From contig JBGARZ010000007.1 in NCBI GenBank assembly GCA_044229975.1, positions 367,796 through 431,795 on the forward strand: DNA of 64,000 nucleotides, given 5' to 3'. This document shows positions 33,999-43,551 of this stretch, in pieces. The translations under genes were made by a program, and so were the position numbers. The notes below the pieces were generated by a model, which did not search any database, was not told where the DNA came from, and was given only the letters and a program-made list of their open reading frames with translations. Source of the DNA: Polyangiales bacterium. Its GTDB lineage: Bacteria; Myxococcota_A; Polyangia; Polyangiales; Ga0077539. Every line of letters begins with the position of its first letter. Positions within the stretch are counted from its first letter, which is position 1.

Positions 33999-35369
33999 TC
34001 AGTCGGCGGGTCGGTAGCCGATGCGGAGCACGCGGTTGCTGAGGTCGTCGCTCACGTACACGGCGCCGTCGGGGCCTTCCCTCAGGTCGACGGGCTTGGC
34101 GTCCCAGGTGCCTTGCACGAGCGCTCCGGCGCGCAGCTCGCCGACGACCGGAGCGAGCGAGCGCACGGTGCCGTCGGCCGCGACGTCGGCGCGCGCGACG
34201 AGGCGACCGTTCTGCATGGACTCGCGGTTCCAGGAGCCGTGCGAGGCGATGAGCAGGCTGCCGCGCCAGGGGAGCAGCGAGCCCGTGTACTCGGTGACGC
34301 CGAGCGGCGCCCAGTGCGCGGGCATGGCGAAGGCGGGCGGGCGCACGTTGGCCGGGTCGCGGCACCACTCGTCGCCGCGCGGCTCGGGCGCGAGGGACTC
34401 CGGGTCGGCGTGCTGCGTGCCTGGTCCGTTGCCGCCCGGCAGAACCCCTTCGGAGAAGCACGACGGATAGCCGTAGAAGCGCGGCGTGACGGTGTCGATG
34501 AGGTTGAGCTCCTCGGCGGGGTTGTCGATGTGGATGTCGTTGCCGATCGGGCGCGCGAGGCTGTCGCGGCCGTTTTCGACGCCCCACAGCCGGCCCGCGC
34601 GGTCGAAGGCGAGGCCGCTCTCGTTGCGCATGCCCGACGCGATGACCTCGCCCGTCGCGTACTCCATCGGACGCGCGAGCGTCGCGGGGATGACGAAGCG
34701 GCGGATCATGCTGCGGAGCGACAGATCGCTGGGGCTCTGGTCGAGGTTGCCGCCCGACCCGACGTCGACGTAGAGCCTGCCGTCGGGGCCAAACACGATG
34801 GCGCGCACGGCGTGCCCGCCGGGCGGCATCCCGATGACCACGCGGGTGGGCTTGGAAGGAGAGACGCGCAGCCCGCGGGTGTAGGGCCAGCGCAGCACCT
34901 CGGTGGGCGTCGACGCGTACACGAAGGCACCGTCGGGGCTGAAGGCCATCCCGTGGTTCACGCCCATGGTGTCGGTGAAGCGGGTGCGCTCGGCGGGGCC
35001 GGAGGTTCCGTCGCCGTCGTCGTCGTGGAGCACGGTGATGCCGTCGCCGTCGGTGAGGAAGAGGTCGCCGTTGGCCGCAAACGCGAGGCCGCGCGCGCGA
35101 CGCAGGCCCGTCGCGAAGGTGACGAGGCAGAGGCGCGGGTCGGAGGTCCAGGCGCTGAGCGCGGTGCCGCGGCAGGTGCCGACGGCGGGGGCGACGGCGA
35201 CGTCGACGGGCGCGGGGCGATCGACGGCGGGCACGTCGATGGGCGCGGGGCGATCGACGAGGAAGGGCACGTCGGAGGCGATCACGGCCGGACGCGGCGG
35301 AGCGTCACACGAGGCGATCGCGACCGAACCGAGCAGGGCGAGTGACGCGCGGGCGGCAGAGGGGACCAT
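33999..35369 (-). CDS. PQQ-dependent sugar dehydrogenase (L-sorbosone dehydrogenase-like) lipoprotein
   Basis: LYVDVGS, GMRN, GVENGRD, FYGYP, AHWAPLG, SHGSWNR, GPDGAVYVSDD. Confidence 0.9.
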   Translation of the reverse strand: MVPSAARASLALLGSVAIASCDAPPRPAVIASDVPFLVDRPAPIDVPAVDRPAPVDVAVAPAVGTCRGTALSAWTSDPRLCLVTFATGLRRARGLAFAANGDLFLTDGDGITVLHDDDGDGTSGPAERTRFTDTMGVNHGMAFSPDGAFVYASTPTEVLRWPYTRGLRVSPSKPTRVVIGMPPGGHAVRAIVFGPDGRLYVDVGSGGNLDQSPSDLSLRSMIRRFVIPATLARPMEYATGEVIASGMRNESGLAFDRAGRLWGVENGRDSLARPIGNDIHIDNPAEELNLIDTVTPRFYGYPSCFSEGVLPGGNGPGTQHADPESLAPEPRGDEWCRDPANVRPPAFAMPAHWAPLGVTEYTGSLLPWRGSLLIASHGSWNRESMQNGRLVARADVAADGTVRSLAPVVGELRAGALVQGTWDAKPVDLREGPDGAVYVSDDLSNRVLRIGYRPAD

Positions 35370-35612
35370 GGCGTGAGGCTAAACCCCTCGCGTCGACGCC
35401 GCGGGCGTTGACTTTGCCCCCGGCGGGGAAATATGCGCCGCGACAGGCCACGGGCGCCGTGTCCCTCGTTTGCACACCGTCTGCACCAACGAAGCACAGC
35501 CCGGCCACCCTCTGTGGCGCGGACGACGGTGCGGACCGCTCGGCACGAGAGCTGCGACAGGTCTCCACGGGCGCCCGAGCGATGCCCACGGTAGGAGCGC
35601 GCTGAGTCCCCG

Positions 35613-36827
35613 ATGTCCAGGTCACGAAGGAGTTCGAGCGGTCCGGTGATGGTTCGTCCGGTTGCGCCGCCCGCTGCTCGGCCTCCGGAGGTCAGCTACC
35701 TCGGTCGGGGGTTGCTTGCGCTGGTCGGGTCGATCGCGCTGTTCAGCGGCATCGGGTTCGCGGTGCGCGGTACCTCGTCGAAGGCGGCGCCCCGGAGTGA
35801 GCTCGCGGGCGACCTCCGGGTTCGCTCCGAAGACCTCTCCGTCGTGACGACGCTGGTGCCCATGACCGACGCGCTGCTCCCGGCGCAGGAGTGGGGCGGG
35901 TCGCGCGTCTGGCGCATGCCCGGCTACGACCGACCGCGGGCCGTCGCCCTGCTGGCGGGCCTGCGCGGCGTCGACGAGACGCTCCGCTGCGACGACGCGG
36001 GCTGCACCGTGCGGCCCGAGCTCGACGCCGTGGCGGCGCTCTCCGCCGGCGACCGCGCGCGCATCTACGGGACGCTGCTGCGCTTCGACCACAACCCCCA
36101 GGCCGAGAACACCTTCTACCGCCCGCCCGACCTCGGCCCCTTCAGCGCGGTGCCCGACGTCCCGCCGGAGGTGCGGCCGCTGCTCGACGCACTGACCTGG
36201 AGCCACCACGGCGTCCCGGCCTTCTCCGACCTCGCGGTGGTGTGCGATCGGCTCGGGTCGCGCGCGTCGTGCGCTCCCTTCGCGCGGGCGATGCTCAGCC
36301 GGCCGACGGCGTCGGTGTCGCTCCGCATCACCGAGCCCGGGGTCATCGATCGCGCCGTCGCGTCGTTTCCCGAGGACGACCGAGCCGCCGTGCGCGCGCA
36401 GCTCGAGGCCGCGCGGGCGTCCCACGCGACGCTGTTTCCCGTCGATGCGTTGCTGCCGTCGTGGGCGCGCTCGCGGCTCGGCACCTTCCCCCTCGTCGGC
36501 GAGGACTGGACCAACTGCTTCTGGACCTCGCTGCGCTTCCTCGACGTCGCGGGCACCGGGATGGTGGCCAGCAGCGCGGACATGGACGCCCACCTGCGAC
36601 GGGACTTCGTTCGGGTCGCGACGCAGCCGCAGTTTGGCGACCTGCTGCTGGTGCGCGGAGACGGCCATGCGCCCGTCCACTCCGCGACGTGGCTCCTCGG
36701 CGGATACCTCTTCGAGAAGAACGGCTACGGCCGCCTCCAGGCGTGGCGCATCGTCCCGCTCACGCAGGTGCTGGCCGACTACCCCGAGGCGGAGTCCACC
36801 GAGGTCTGGCGCCTGCGCGAGCGCTGA
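35613..36827 (+). CDS. Membrane-anchored protein with C-terminal papain/NlpC-P60-like Cys-His domain
   Basis: One N-terminal TM segment; NCFWTSL...GDLLLV...HSA...FEKNG; start uncertain. Confidence 0.65.
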   Translation: MSRSRRSSSGPVMVRPVAPPAARPPEVSYLGRGLLALVGSIALFSGIGFAVRGTSSKAAPRSELAGDLRVRSEDLSVVTTLVPMTDALLPAQEWGGSRVWRMPGYDRPRAVALLAGLRGVDETLRCDDAGCTVRPELDAVAALSAGDRARIYGTLLRFDHNPQAENTFYRPPDLGPFSAVPDVPPEVRPLLDALTWSHHGVPAFSDLAVVCDRLGSRASCAPFARAMLSRPTASVSLRITEPGVIDRAVASFPEDDRAAVRAQLEAARASHATLFPVDALLPSWARSRLGTFPLVGEDWTNCFWTSLRFLDVAGTGMVASSADMDAHLRRDFVRVATQPQFGDLLLVRGDGHAPVHSATWLLGGYLFEKNGYGRLQAWRIVPLTQVLADYPEAESTEVWRLRER

Positions 36828-36836
36828 CGGCGTCGC

Positions 36837-38468
36837 CTACCGACGGCCGCGGAGGGCGTCGATGACCTCGCCGGCGGCGCGGAGGCCCGACAGCGCGCCG
36901 CCCTCCATGAAGCCCTGCCACTCGTAGAACGAGCTCGTGTGCTCGCCCGCGAAGAACAGGTTGCCCACCGGCTTCGCCTCGTTGTCCGCGATGGTGGTGA
37001 AGTAGCCGAGGTGATTGGCGGAGTAGCTGCCGAGCGCGTTGGGGTTGCGGGGCCATGCCTCCAGGTGGGCCACCACGTCGCCGCGCGCGTCGCGGCGGGC
37101 GCTCGCGCGGGCGCCCGGCACGACGCGGTCGTAGTCGGCGAGGAAGAGCGCGGCCTCGGCCTGGGTGCGCGCCGGGTCCATGCGGGCGCCGAGCGTTCCG
37201 CCAGCGTAGTCGGTGAGCACGCCCGCGGCGGCCGTGGCGCGAGAGGGGTTGGTCTCCCAGCAGCTCTGGAGGTTGGCGAGGTCGCTGTAGGCCGCGCCGT
37301 TGTTGCCTTGCTCCGCCCACGGTCGCGCCGTGAAGCCCACCATGAGCTTGGCGTTGGTGCCGTAGCGAAACTCCCGGATGGCCTGGAGCTTCCACGCGGG
37401 CAGCGCGAGGCTCGGGTGCAGCTCGACGCCGCGGAGCACGGAGAACGGCACCGTGATGACCGCCGCGTCGTAGGTGCGCACCACGGAGCGCGATCCGGCG
37501 CGGAGCGTGAGCTCGACGAGGCCCGAGGCGGTGCGGGCGACGCGCACGAGGCGGTGCCCGAGCGCGGCGGGGCGCGCGAGGCTCGCGTGGAGGCCGCGGA
37601 CGATGCCCTCGTTGCCCGTGACGACGTGGAAGCGCTCGTCGCTGAAGACGCCGTACGGTTGAAAGCGGCTGCGCCGGTCGGCGTGGATGAAGTTGAGGAA
37701 GGCGAGGCAGCTCTGCTCGCCGATGGGGATGCCGTACTCGATGTCGTAGGTCTGCTCGATGACCTGGCGGATGAGCGGGCCCGCGCCGCGGGTGTCGAGG
37801 TACTCCGCGAGGGACACGCGGTCGAGCGCGGCCTCGGCCGGGGTGAACCCGTCCGCCGTGGGCTCGCCGACGGAGCGCAGGTCGTCCCGCATGCGGGCGA
37901 CGAACGCGCGGTACTCCTCGACGACGGCTGACTCGGGGTGGCGCGCGCCGTCGAAGTGGTAGAAGACCTCGCCGGGGAGGTTGGCGAGGCTCTCGAGCTC
38001 GAGGCCGAACTCCCGCGCCCACCCGCGCATGGTCTGGTGCCCGGTGTCGATGAGCTCGCCGCCGCGCTCCACCACCTGGCCCGGGAAGCGATCGGACATG
38101 GACCACACGCGGCCCCCCACGCGGTCGGCGGCTTCGTAGAGGGCGACCGTCACGCCCGCCCGCTCCAGCTCGCGCGCGCAGCCCAGGCCCGCGACGCCCG
38201 CGCCGACGACGGCCACGCTCCCCGCGACGCGCACCGCGCCGAGGGAGGTGCCGAGGCCGCCGACCGGCGCGCACCCCTGGGCGCCGAGCGCGCCCGCGGC
38301 GAGGGCGCCCGCCGACCCCAGGAGCAGCTCGCGGCGATTGATTCGCACGCCGCGGTCGCGGTCGACGGCGACCTCGACGCCCTCGCGGGAGGGCAGCCCC
38401 TCGCGCTCGCAGAGGTCTGCGATGCGCATCGTACGAACCAGTGAATCCATCCAACCGCTTCGGCCCAT
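36837..38468 (-). CDS. Flavin monoamine oxidase family FAD-dependent oxidoreductase
   Basis: NRRELL Tat-like motif; VVGAGVAGL, EAADRVGGR, ERGGELID, FFAGEHT, GFMEGGALSG. Confidence 0.92.
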   Translation of the reverse strand: MGRSGWMDSLVRTMRIADLCEREGLPSREGVEVAVDRDRGVRINRRELLLGSAGALAAGALGAQGCAPVGGLGTSLGAVRVAGSVAVVGAGVAGLGCARELERAGVTVALYEAADRVGGRVWSMSDRFPGQVVERGGELIDTGHQTMRGWAREFGLELESLANLPGEVFYHFDGARHPESAVVEEYRAFVARMRDDLRSVGEPTADGFTPAEAALDRVSLAEYLDTRGAGPLIRQVIEQTYDIEYGIPIGEQSCLAFLNFIHADRRSRFQPYGVFSDERFHVVTGNEGIVRGLHASLARPAALGHRLVRVARTASGLVELTLRAGSRSVVRTYDAAVITVPFSVLRGVELHPSLALPAWKLQAIREFRYGTNAKLMVGFTARPWAEQGNNGAAYSDLANLQSCWETNPSRATAAAGVLTDYAGGTLGARMDPARTQAEAALFLADYDRVVPGARASARRDARGDVVAHLEAWPRNPNALGSYSANHLGYFTTIADNEAKPVGNLFFAGEHTSSFYEWQGFMEGGALSGLRAAGEVIDALRGRR

Positions 38469-38518
38469 CTCTCTCGCTCCTTCTCTTTGGTCTCGTGTCG
38501 TCCGACGCTGACGGCCGA

Positions 38519-41500
38519 CTACCGGCAGGTCCCCGTGCGGCAGGTGCGTCGGCCGGTGCATGCGCGGCCGCACACGCCGCAGTTGTTGTCGCTCGTCTGG
38601 AGGTTGACCTCACACCCGTCGGCCGCGTTGCCGTTGCAGTTGGCGTAGCCGGGGTAGCAGGTGCCGATGGCGCAGGCGCCCGCGGCGCAGACCGCGGACG
38701 CGTTGGCGAAGCGGCAGAGGTTGGCGCACGCGCCGCAGCCCGTGACGCTGGTGTTGAGGTTGGTCTCGCACCCGTTGCCGGCGTTGCCGTCGCAGTTGCC
38801 GTAGGCCACCTCGCAGGTTCCGCCGCAGACGCCCGCCGCACACGCGCGGATGAGGTGCGGCGCCGACGGGCATACGGTGCCGCAGGTCCCGCAGCTGTTG
38901 GGGTCGGTCTGGAGGTCGACGCAGCTCCCGCTCCCGGCGCAGTAGGTCGAGCCCGCCGGGCACGACGACGCGCACGCCCCCGCCGAGCACAACGTCCCCG
39001 CGCCGCAGCGGTTGCCGCACGACCCGCAGTTCGTCGACGTCGAGAGCGCCGTCTCGCAGCCGTTCGACGCCCGGCCGTCGCAGTCGCCGTAGCCCGCGCT
39101 GCACGCCGCGATCGCGCACGCGCCCCCGACACACGCCGGGATGGCGTTGGCGAGCGAGCAGGCCGCCCCGCAGGCGCCGCAGTGCGCGGCGGTAGTGCTC
39201 GTGTTCGTCTCGCAGCCGTTGGTCGCGACGCCGTCGCAGTTGCCGTAGCCCACGCTGCACGTCGCCACCGCGCAGGCGCCGCCGCTGCACGTCGGCGTGG
39301 CGTTGGGCAGGGCGCAGGCCGCCCCGCAGGCGCCGCAGTGGGCGAGGCTCCCGCTCACGTCGACCTCGCAGCCGTTGGCCGCGCTCCGGTCGCAGTCGGC
39401 GAACGAGCCGCTGCAGGTGTAGCCGCAGGCGCCTGCGACGCAGGTGGTCGTCGCGCTCGCGGACGCCGGGCAGGTGCGACCGCAGGCGCCGCAGTTGAGC
39501 GGATCGCCCGTCAGGTCGTTGCAGGTCTGCGTGGCCGCGCAGTAGCTCGTGGGCGACGAGCACGACGACACGCAGGCGCCCTCCGAACAGAAGCTACCCC
39601 CCGGGCAGCGCGTATCGCAGGCGCCGCAGCGGTCGTTGGTGGTGAGCGGCGTCTCGCAGCCGTTGGCCGCGGTGCCGTCGCAGTCGCCGAAGCCCGCGTC
39701 GCAGCGCGCCACGCCGCAGCGGCCCGCCGCGCAGGAGCCCGCGCCGTTGGGCGGGCGACAGGACGTCGCGCACGTCCCGCAGGCGCTCGGGGTCGAGGTG
39801 AGGTCGACCTCGCAGCCGTCGCTCGGGTCGCCGTTGCAGTCGCCGAAGCCGACCGCGCAGGCCACCACGCTGCACGAGCCGGTGCTGCACGCGCCGGTCG
39901 CGTGGGGCGGGGCGCAGGCGCGGCCGCAGGCGCCACAGGCCGTCACGCTGGACCCGAGGTTGGCCTCGCAGCCGTTCGCGGCGCTCCCGTCGCAGTCCGC
40001 GAAGCCCGTGTTGCAGGCGAACGAGCAGGCCCCGCCGCGGCACGACGCCGAGGCGTTGACGAGCGCGGGGCAGATGCTCCCGCACATGCCGCAGTGGCTC
40101 GCGTCCGTCTGGAAGTCTGCGCAGACGCCGGCGGTCGGGCAGTAGTTCGTGCCGGTCGGACACGAGCTCTGACACGAGCCGTTGGCGCAGCGGGTGCCGG
40201 CCGCGCAGACCACGCCACACGCGCCGCAGTTGGTGTTGGTCGTCGTGGGCGTCTCGCAGCCGTTGACGGCGTCGCCGTCGCAGTCCGCCGAGCCGGCGTT
40301 GCACGAGGCCACCACGCACCGCCCGGCCGCGCAGCCCGCGGTGGCGTTGGGCACGTTGCAGGTGCTGCCGCAGGCCCCGCAAGCGCTCGCGGTGGTGCCG
40401 AGGTCGGTCTCACAGCCGTTGGCGGGGTTGCCGTCGCAGTCACCAGAGCCCGCCGTGCACCGCGCCACGATGCAGGCACCCGCCGCGCATCCCGCCACCG
40501 CGTTGGTCAGCGCGCACGCCCGACCGCAGGCGCCGCAGTCCGTCGCCGAGGTGCTGAGGTTGATCTCGCAGCCGTTGCCGGGCAGCGCGTCGCAGTCGCC
40601 GAAGCCCGCGGTGCAGGTGAGGCCGCACGATCCGCCCGCGCAGGTCGCCGCGCTGTTGGCGGGCGACGGGCAGGCGTTGCCGCAGGCGCCGCAGTGGGAG
40701 AGGTCGCTCGACGTGTTCACGCAGATGTCGAGGCCGGGGCAGAACGTGGTCCCCGCGGGGCACGAGCCCAGGCAGGCGCCGCCCGCGCAGCGGGTGCCCG
40801 CCGCGCAGGTCGTCCCGCACGCGCCGCAGCGGGTGTTGGTGTTGAGCGGCGCCTCGCACCCGTTGGCGGGGTTGCCATCGCAGTCGCCAAAGCCCGCGGC
40901 GCAGGCCGCCACGGTGCACGCCCTCGCGGCGCAGCCGGCCGTCGCGTGGGCGAGCGTGCAGGTGCTCCCACAGGCGCCGCACGCGGTCGGAGAGGTCGCG
41001 AGGTTGGTCTCGCAGCCGTTGGATGGGTCGGCGTCGCAGTCGCCGAAGCCGGGGTTGCAGGCGCCCACGGCGCACGTGCCGGCCGCGCACGCGCCCGTGG
41101 CGTCGGAGAGGAAGCAGGCGTTGCTGCATCGGCCGCAGTTGGCCGGGCTGGTGTTGAGGTCGACCTCGCACCCGTCCGACGCCTGGTCGTTGCAGTCGGC
41201 GCGACCGGCGTTGCACGACGCGACGAGGCAGCGCCCCATCACGCACGCTCCGACGGCGCCGGGAGGGGCGCAGGCCGCCCCGCACGCCCCGCAGTGGGCG
41301 AGGCTGGAGCGCGTGTCGACGCAGGCCCCGCCGCAGGCCGCGCTGCCGTCGGGGCAGGAGGGTGCGTCCGCGGTGGCGTCGACGTTCGCGACGTCGATGG
41401 AAGCGGGGGTGTCGATACTCGGGGCGACGTCCGCCGTGAGGTCCGTCGTGACGTCGGAGGTCGGTCCATCCTTGGCGGCGGAGCCGACGTCGAGGGAGGC

Positions 41501-41608
41501 GTCAGCGCGTGGAGCGTCGGTTCCTGAGTCTCCCGGGACGGGCTCGGGGGAACAGCCCGACGCCGCGACGTGCAGGGCCAGGAGTCCAGACAACACGACG
41601 CGCTTCAC
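38519..41608 (-). CDS. Lipoprotein made almost entirely of Cys-rich repeats (19 modules, no head domain)
   Basis: Lipobox ASGC; repeated GDCDGxxxNGCE and CGACG; ends RTCRTGTCR. Confidence 0.88.
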   Translation of the reverse strand: MKRVVLSGLLALHVAASGCSPEPVPGDSGTDAPRADASLDVGSAAKDGPTSDVTTDLTADVAPSIDTPASIDVANVDATADAPSCPDGSAACGGACVDTRSSLAHCGACGAACAPPGAVGACVMGRCLVASCNAGRADCNDQASDGCEVDLNTSPANCGRCSNACFLSDATGACAAGTCAVGACNPGFGDCDADPSNGCETNLATSPTACGACGSTCTLAHATAGCAARACTVAACAAGFGDCDGNPANGCEAPLNTNTRCGACGTTCAAGTRCAGGACLGSCPAGTTFCPGLDICVNTSSDLSHCGACGNACPSPANSAATCAGGSCGLTCTAGFGDCDALPGNGCEINLSTSATDCGACGRACALTNAVAGCAAGACIVARCTAGSGDCDGNPANGCETDLGTTASACGACGSTCNVPNATAGCAAGRCVVASCNAGSADCDGDAVNGCETPTTTNTNCGACGVVCAAGTRCANGSCQSSCPTGTNYCPTAGVCADFQTDASHCGMCGSICPALVNASASCRGGACSFACNTGFADCDGSAANGCEANLGSSVTACGACGRACAPPHATGACSTGSCSVVACAVGFGDCNGDPSDGCEVDLTSTPSACGTCATSCRPPNGAGSCAAGRCGVARCDAGFGDCDGTAANGCETPLTTNDRCGACDTRCPGGSFCSEGACVSSCSSPTSYCAATQTCNDLTGDPLNCGACGRTCPASASATTTCVAGACGYTCSGSFADCDRSAANGCEVDVSGSLAHCGACGAACALPNATPTCSGGACAVATCSVGYGNCDGVATNGCETNTSTTAAHCGACGAACSLANAIPACVGGACAIAACSAGYGDCDGRASNGCETALSTSTNCGSCGNRCGAGTLCSAGACASSCPAGSTYCAGSGSCVDLQTDPNSCGTCGTVCPSAPHLIRACAAGVCGGTCEVAYGNCDGNAGNGCETNLNTSVTGCGACANLCRFANASAVCAAGACAIGTCYPGYANCNGNAADGCEVNLQTSDNNCGVCGRACTGRRTCRTGTCR

Positions 41609-41850
41609 CGGTCGACCTCCATCGAGATCCGCGGCGCAGGAGGTGCCCCTCGCCCGGACGGCTCGCGCCTGTGCGATGAAGGTGCCACTGTCGGCGCAGC
41701 GCCCGACCGCCGCGCCGTTGGGTCGAATCTGTGTGGAGACCGCCGCGCGAAGAGTGTCCGGTTGATCTCAATCCGCACAGGTGCTGTGCGCGCTTCGCAC
41801 AGGTTGCGCCGTCCGCCGCCGTCCGGGTCGACGTCGCCCGCGGGAGGTTC

Positions 41851-43551
41851 CTACGCCTCGACGACGACGCTCCCCTTCGCGTGCGCCTGACACGCGAGGA
41901 TCATCCCCCTGGCGCGGTCATCCGCCGTGAGCGCGTTGTCCGAGTCCATCGTGACCTCACCCGAGACGAGCCGCGTCTTGCACTGCCCGCAGATGCCCGA
42001 TCGGCACTCGTACGGCAGGTCGAGCCCGATGGACTCCGCTGCCTCCAGCACCGTGCTCGCGCGCGGCACTTCGACTGAGCGCTTCGAGGTCGCGAAGCGG
42101 ATGCTCACGAGCCCACGGCCGGGAGTCGGAGCCTCGTCGGGCGTCGCCACCTCGGCCTCGCCACCCGTCGCGCCCGGGGGCGGCGAGACGAAGGCCTCGG
42201 TGTGGACGTCGGCCTCGGCGACACCGAGCTCCGTCAAGAGGGCTCGCATCGCCGTCATCATCGGGTCGGGCCCGCACAGGTACACCGGCCCCGCTGCCAG
42301 CGTTGGAACCACCCGCTGCAACAGCTCCGCCGAGATGTGACCGCGCGCCCCGCTCCAGTCGCTCTCCGCGGGCTCCTGACTGAGCGTCACCGTCACGCGA
42401 AGCTTCGGGTGACGCCCCGCCAGCTCGGCGAGCTCCTCGCGGAAGATCACATCCCCCGCGCTTCGCACCGCGAAGACCAGATGGATCTCGCCGTCCCATC
42501 CGCGCTCGACGAGGGAGCGCACCATGGACATGAGCGGCGTGATGCCGACGCCGCCCGCGAGCAGCACCACCTGCTTCGCCCCGTCGCCCTCGAACACGAA
42601 GCGACCCGCGGGCGCCGACACCGAGAGCACATCGCCCTCGCGCACGGCGTCGTGCAGGTGCTGCGAGGCGTAGCCGTCGGGGGCGCGCTTGACGGTGATC
42701 TCGCAGTGGTCGCGGTGGTGGGGCGACGAGGCGAGGGTGTACGAGCGGCGCACGCGCTTGCCGTCGATGGTGAGCGCGAGGTTGAGGTACTGACCGGGCT
42801 TCGCCTCGAAGGGGAGGGGAGAGCCGTCCGTCGTCACGAGGCGGAAGGTGCGGACGTCGTGGGTCTCCTCGACGATGCGCTCGACGCGCAGCTCGCCCGA
42901 CCAGAACGCGCGCTTGCCGGGAGTCACGGTTGCGCGGTGGACCGCGGCGCGCCGGTCGAGAAGAGCGCGGACGACGCGGAACGCGAGCAGCGCGGCGAGG
43001 ACGGCGGCGAAGGCGAGCGGCTGCCGCCGGTCGGACTTCACGAGCAGGAAGTAGTGCAGCGCGCCCGCGGCGGTGGCGAGGTAGGTGAGGCGGTGGAGGG
43101 CCTTCCAGCGACGCGCGCCGAGGCGGGAGACCATCGCGTCGAAGGAGGTCGCGGCGAGGGGGACGAGCAGGAGCAGACCGAGGGTGCCGATCTGGAGATA
43201 GCGGCGCGTGAGCACCTCGTGGACGGTGCTGGCGAGGCTGCCGCCGCGGTCGAGGACGAAGAAGATGGTGAAGTGCAGCGCGAGGTAGAAGAAGGCGTAG
43301 ACGCCGACGCGGCGGCGCGGGGCGACGAGGAGGTTCCAGCCGGTGAGGCGGCGCAGCGGGGTGATGACGAGGGAGAGCAGGAGGAAGACGAGGCCGAGCA
43401 TCCCGGTGGTGCGCAGCGCGAAGTTGACGCCGTTGACGCCGAGGCGACCGTGCGCCGCGTCCCAACCGAGCAGCGCCAGCGGCACCGCGCCGTTGACCAG
43501 GACGAGCTGCTTCAGAAAGCGCGCGTCGACGGCAGAGTCAGTAGTTGGCAC
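41851..43551 (-). CDS. msrQ: MsrQ-like ferric-reductase membrane domain fused to an FNR-type FAD/NAD domain and a 2Fe-2S ferredoxin
   Basis: LVITPLR, RRRVGVYAFFYLALH, WKALHRLTY, LHY; RSYTLASSP, LAGGVGITP, YLCGP; CRSGICGQC...LACQ; GTG start overlaps the msrP stop. Confidence 0.88.
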   Translation of the reverse strand: MPTTDSAVDARFLKQLVLVNGAVPLALLGWDAAHGRLGVNGVNFALRTTGMLGLVFLLLSLVITPLRRLTGWNLLVAPRRRVGVYAFFYLALHFTIFFVLDRGGSLASTVHEVLTRRYLQIGTLGLLLLVPLAATSFDAMVSRLGARRWKALHRLTYLATAAGALHYFLLVKSDRRQPLAFAAVLAALLAFRVVRALLDRRAAVHRATVTPGKRAFWSGELRVERIVEETHDVRTFRLVTTDGSPLPFEAKPGQYLNLALTIDGKRVRRSYTLASSPHHRDHCEITVKRAPDGYASQHLHDAVREGDVLSVSAPAGRFVFEGDGAKQVVLLAGGVGITPLMSMVRSLVERGWDGEIHLVFAVRSAGDVIFREELAELAGRHPKLRVTVTLSQEPAESDWSGARGHISAELLQRVVPTLAAGPVYLCGPDPMMTAMRALLTELGVAEADVHTEAFVSPPPGATGGEAEVATPDEAPTPGRGLVSIRFATSKRSVEVPRASTVLEAAESIGLDLPYECRSGICGQCKTRLVSGEVTMDSDNALTADDRARGMILACQAHAKGSVVVEA

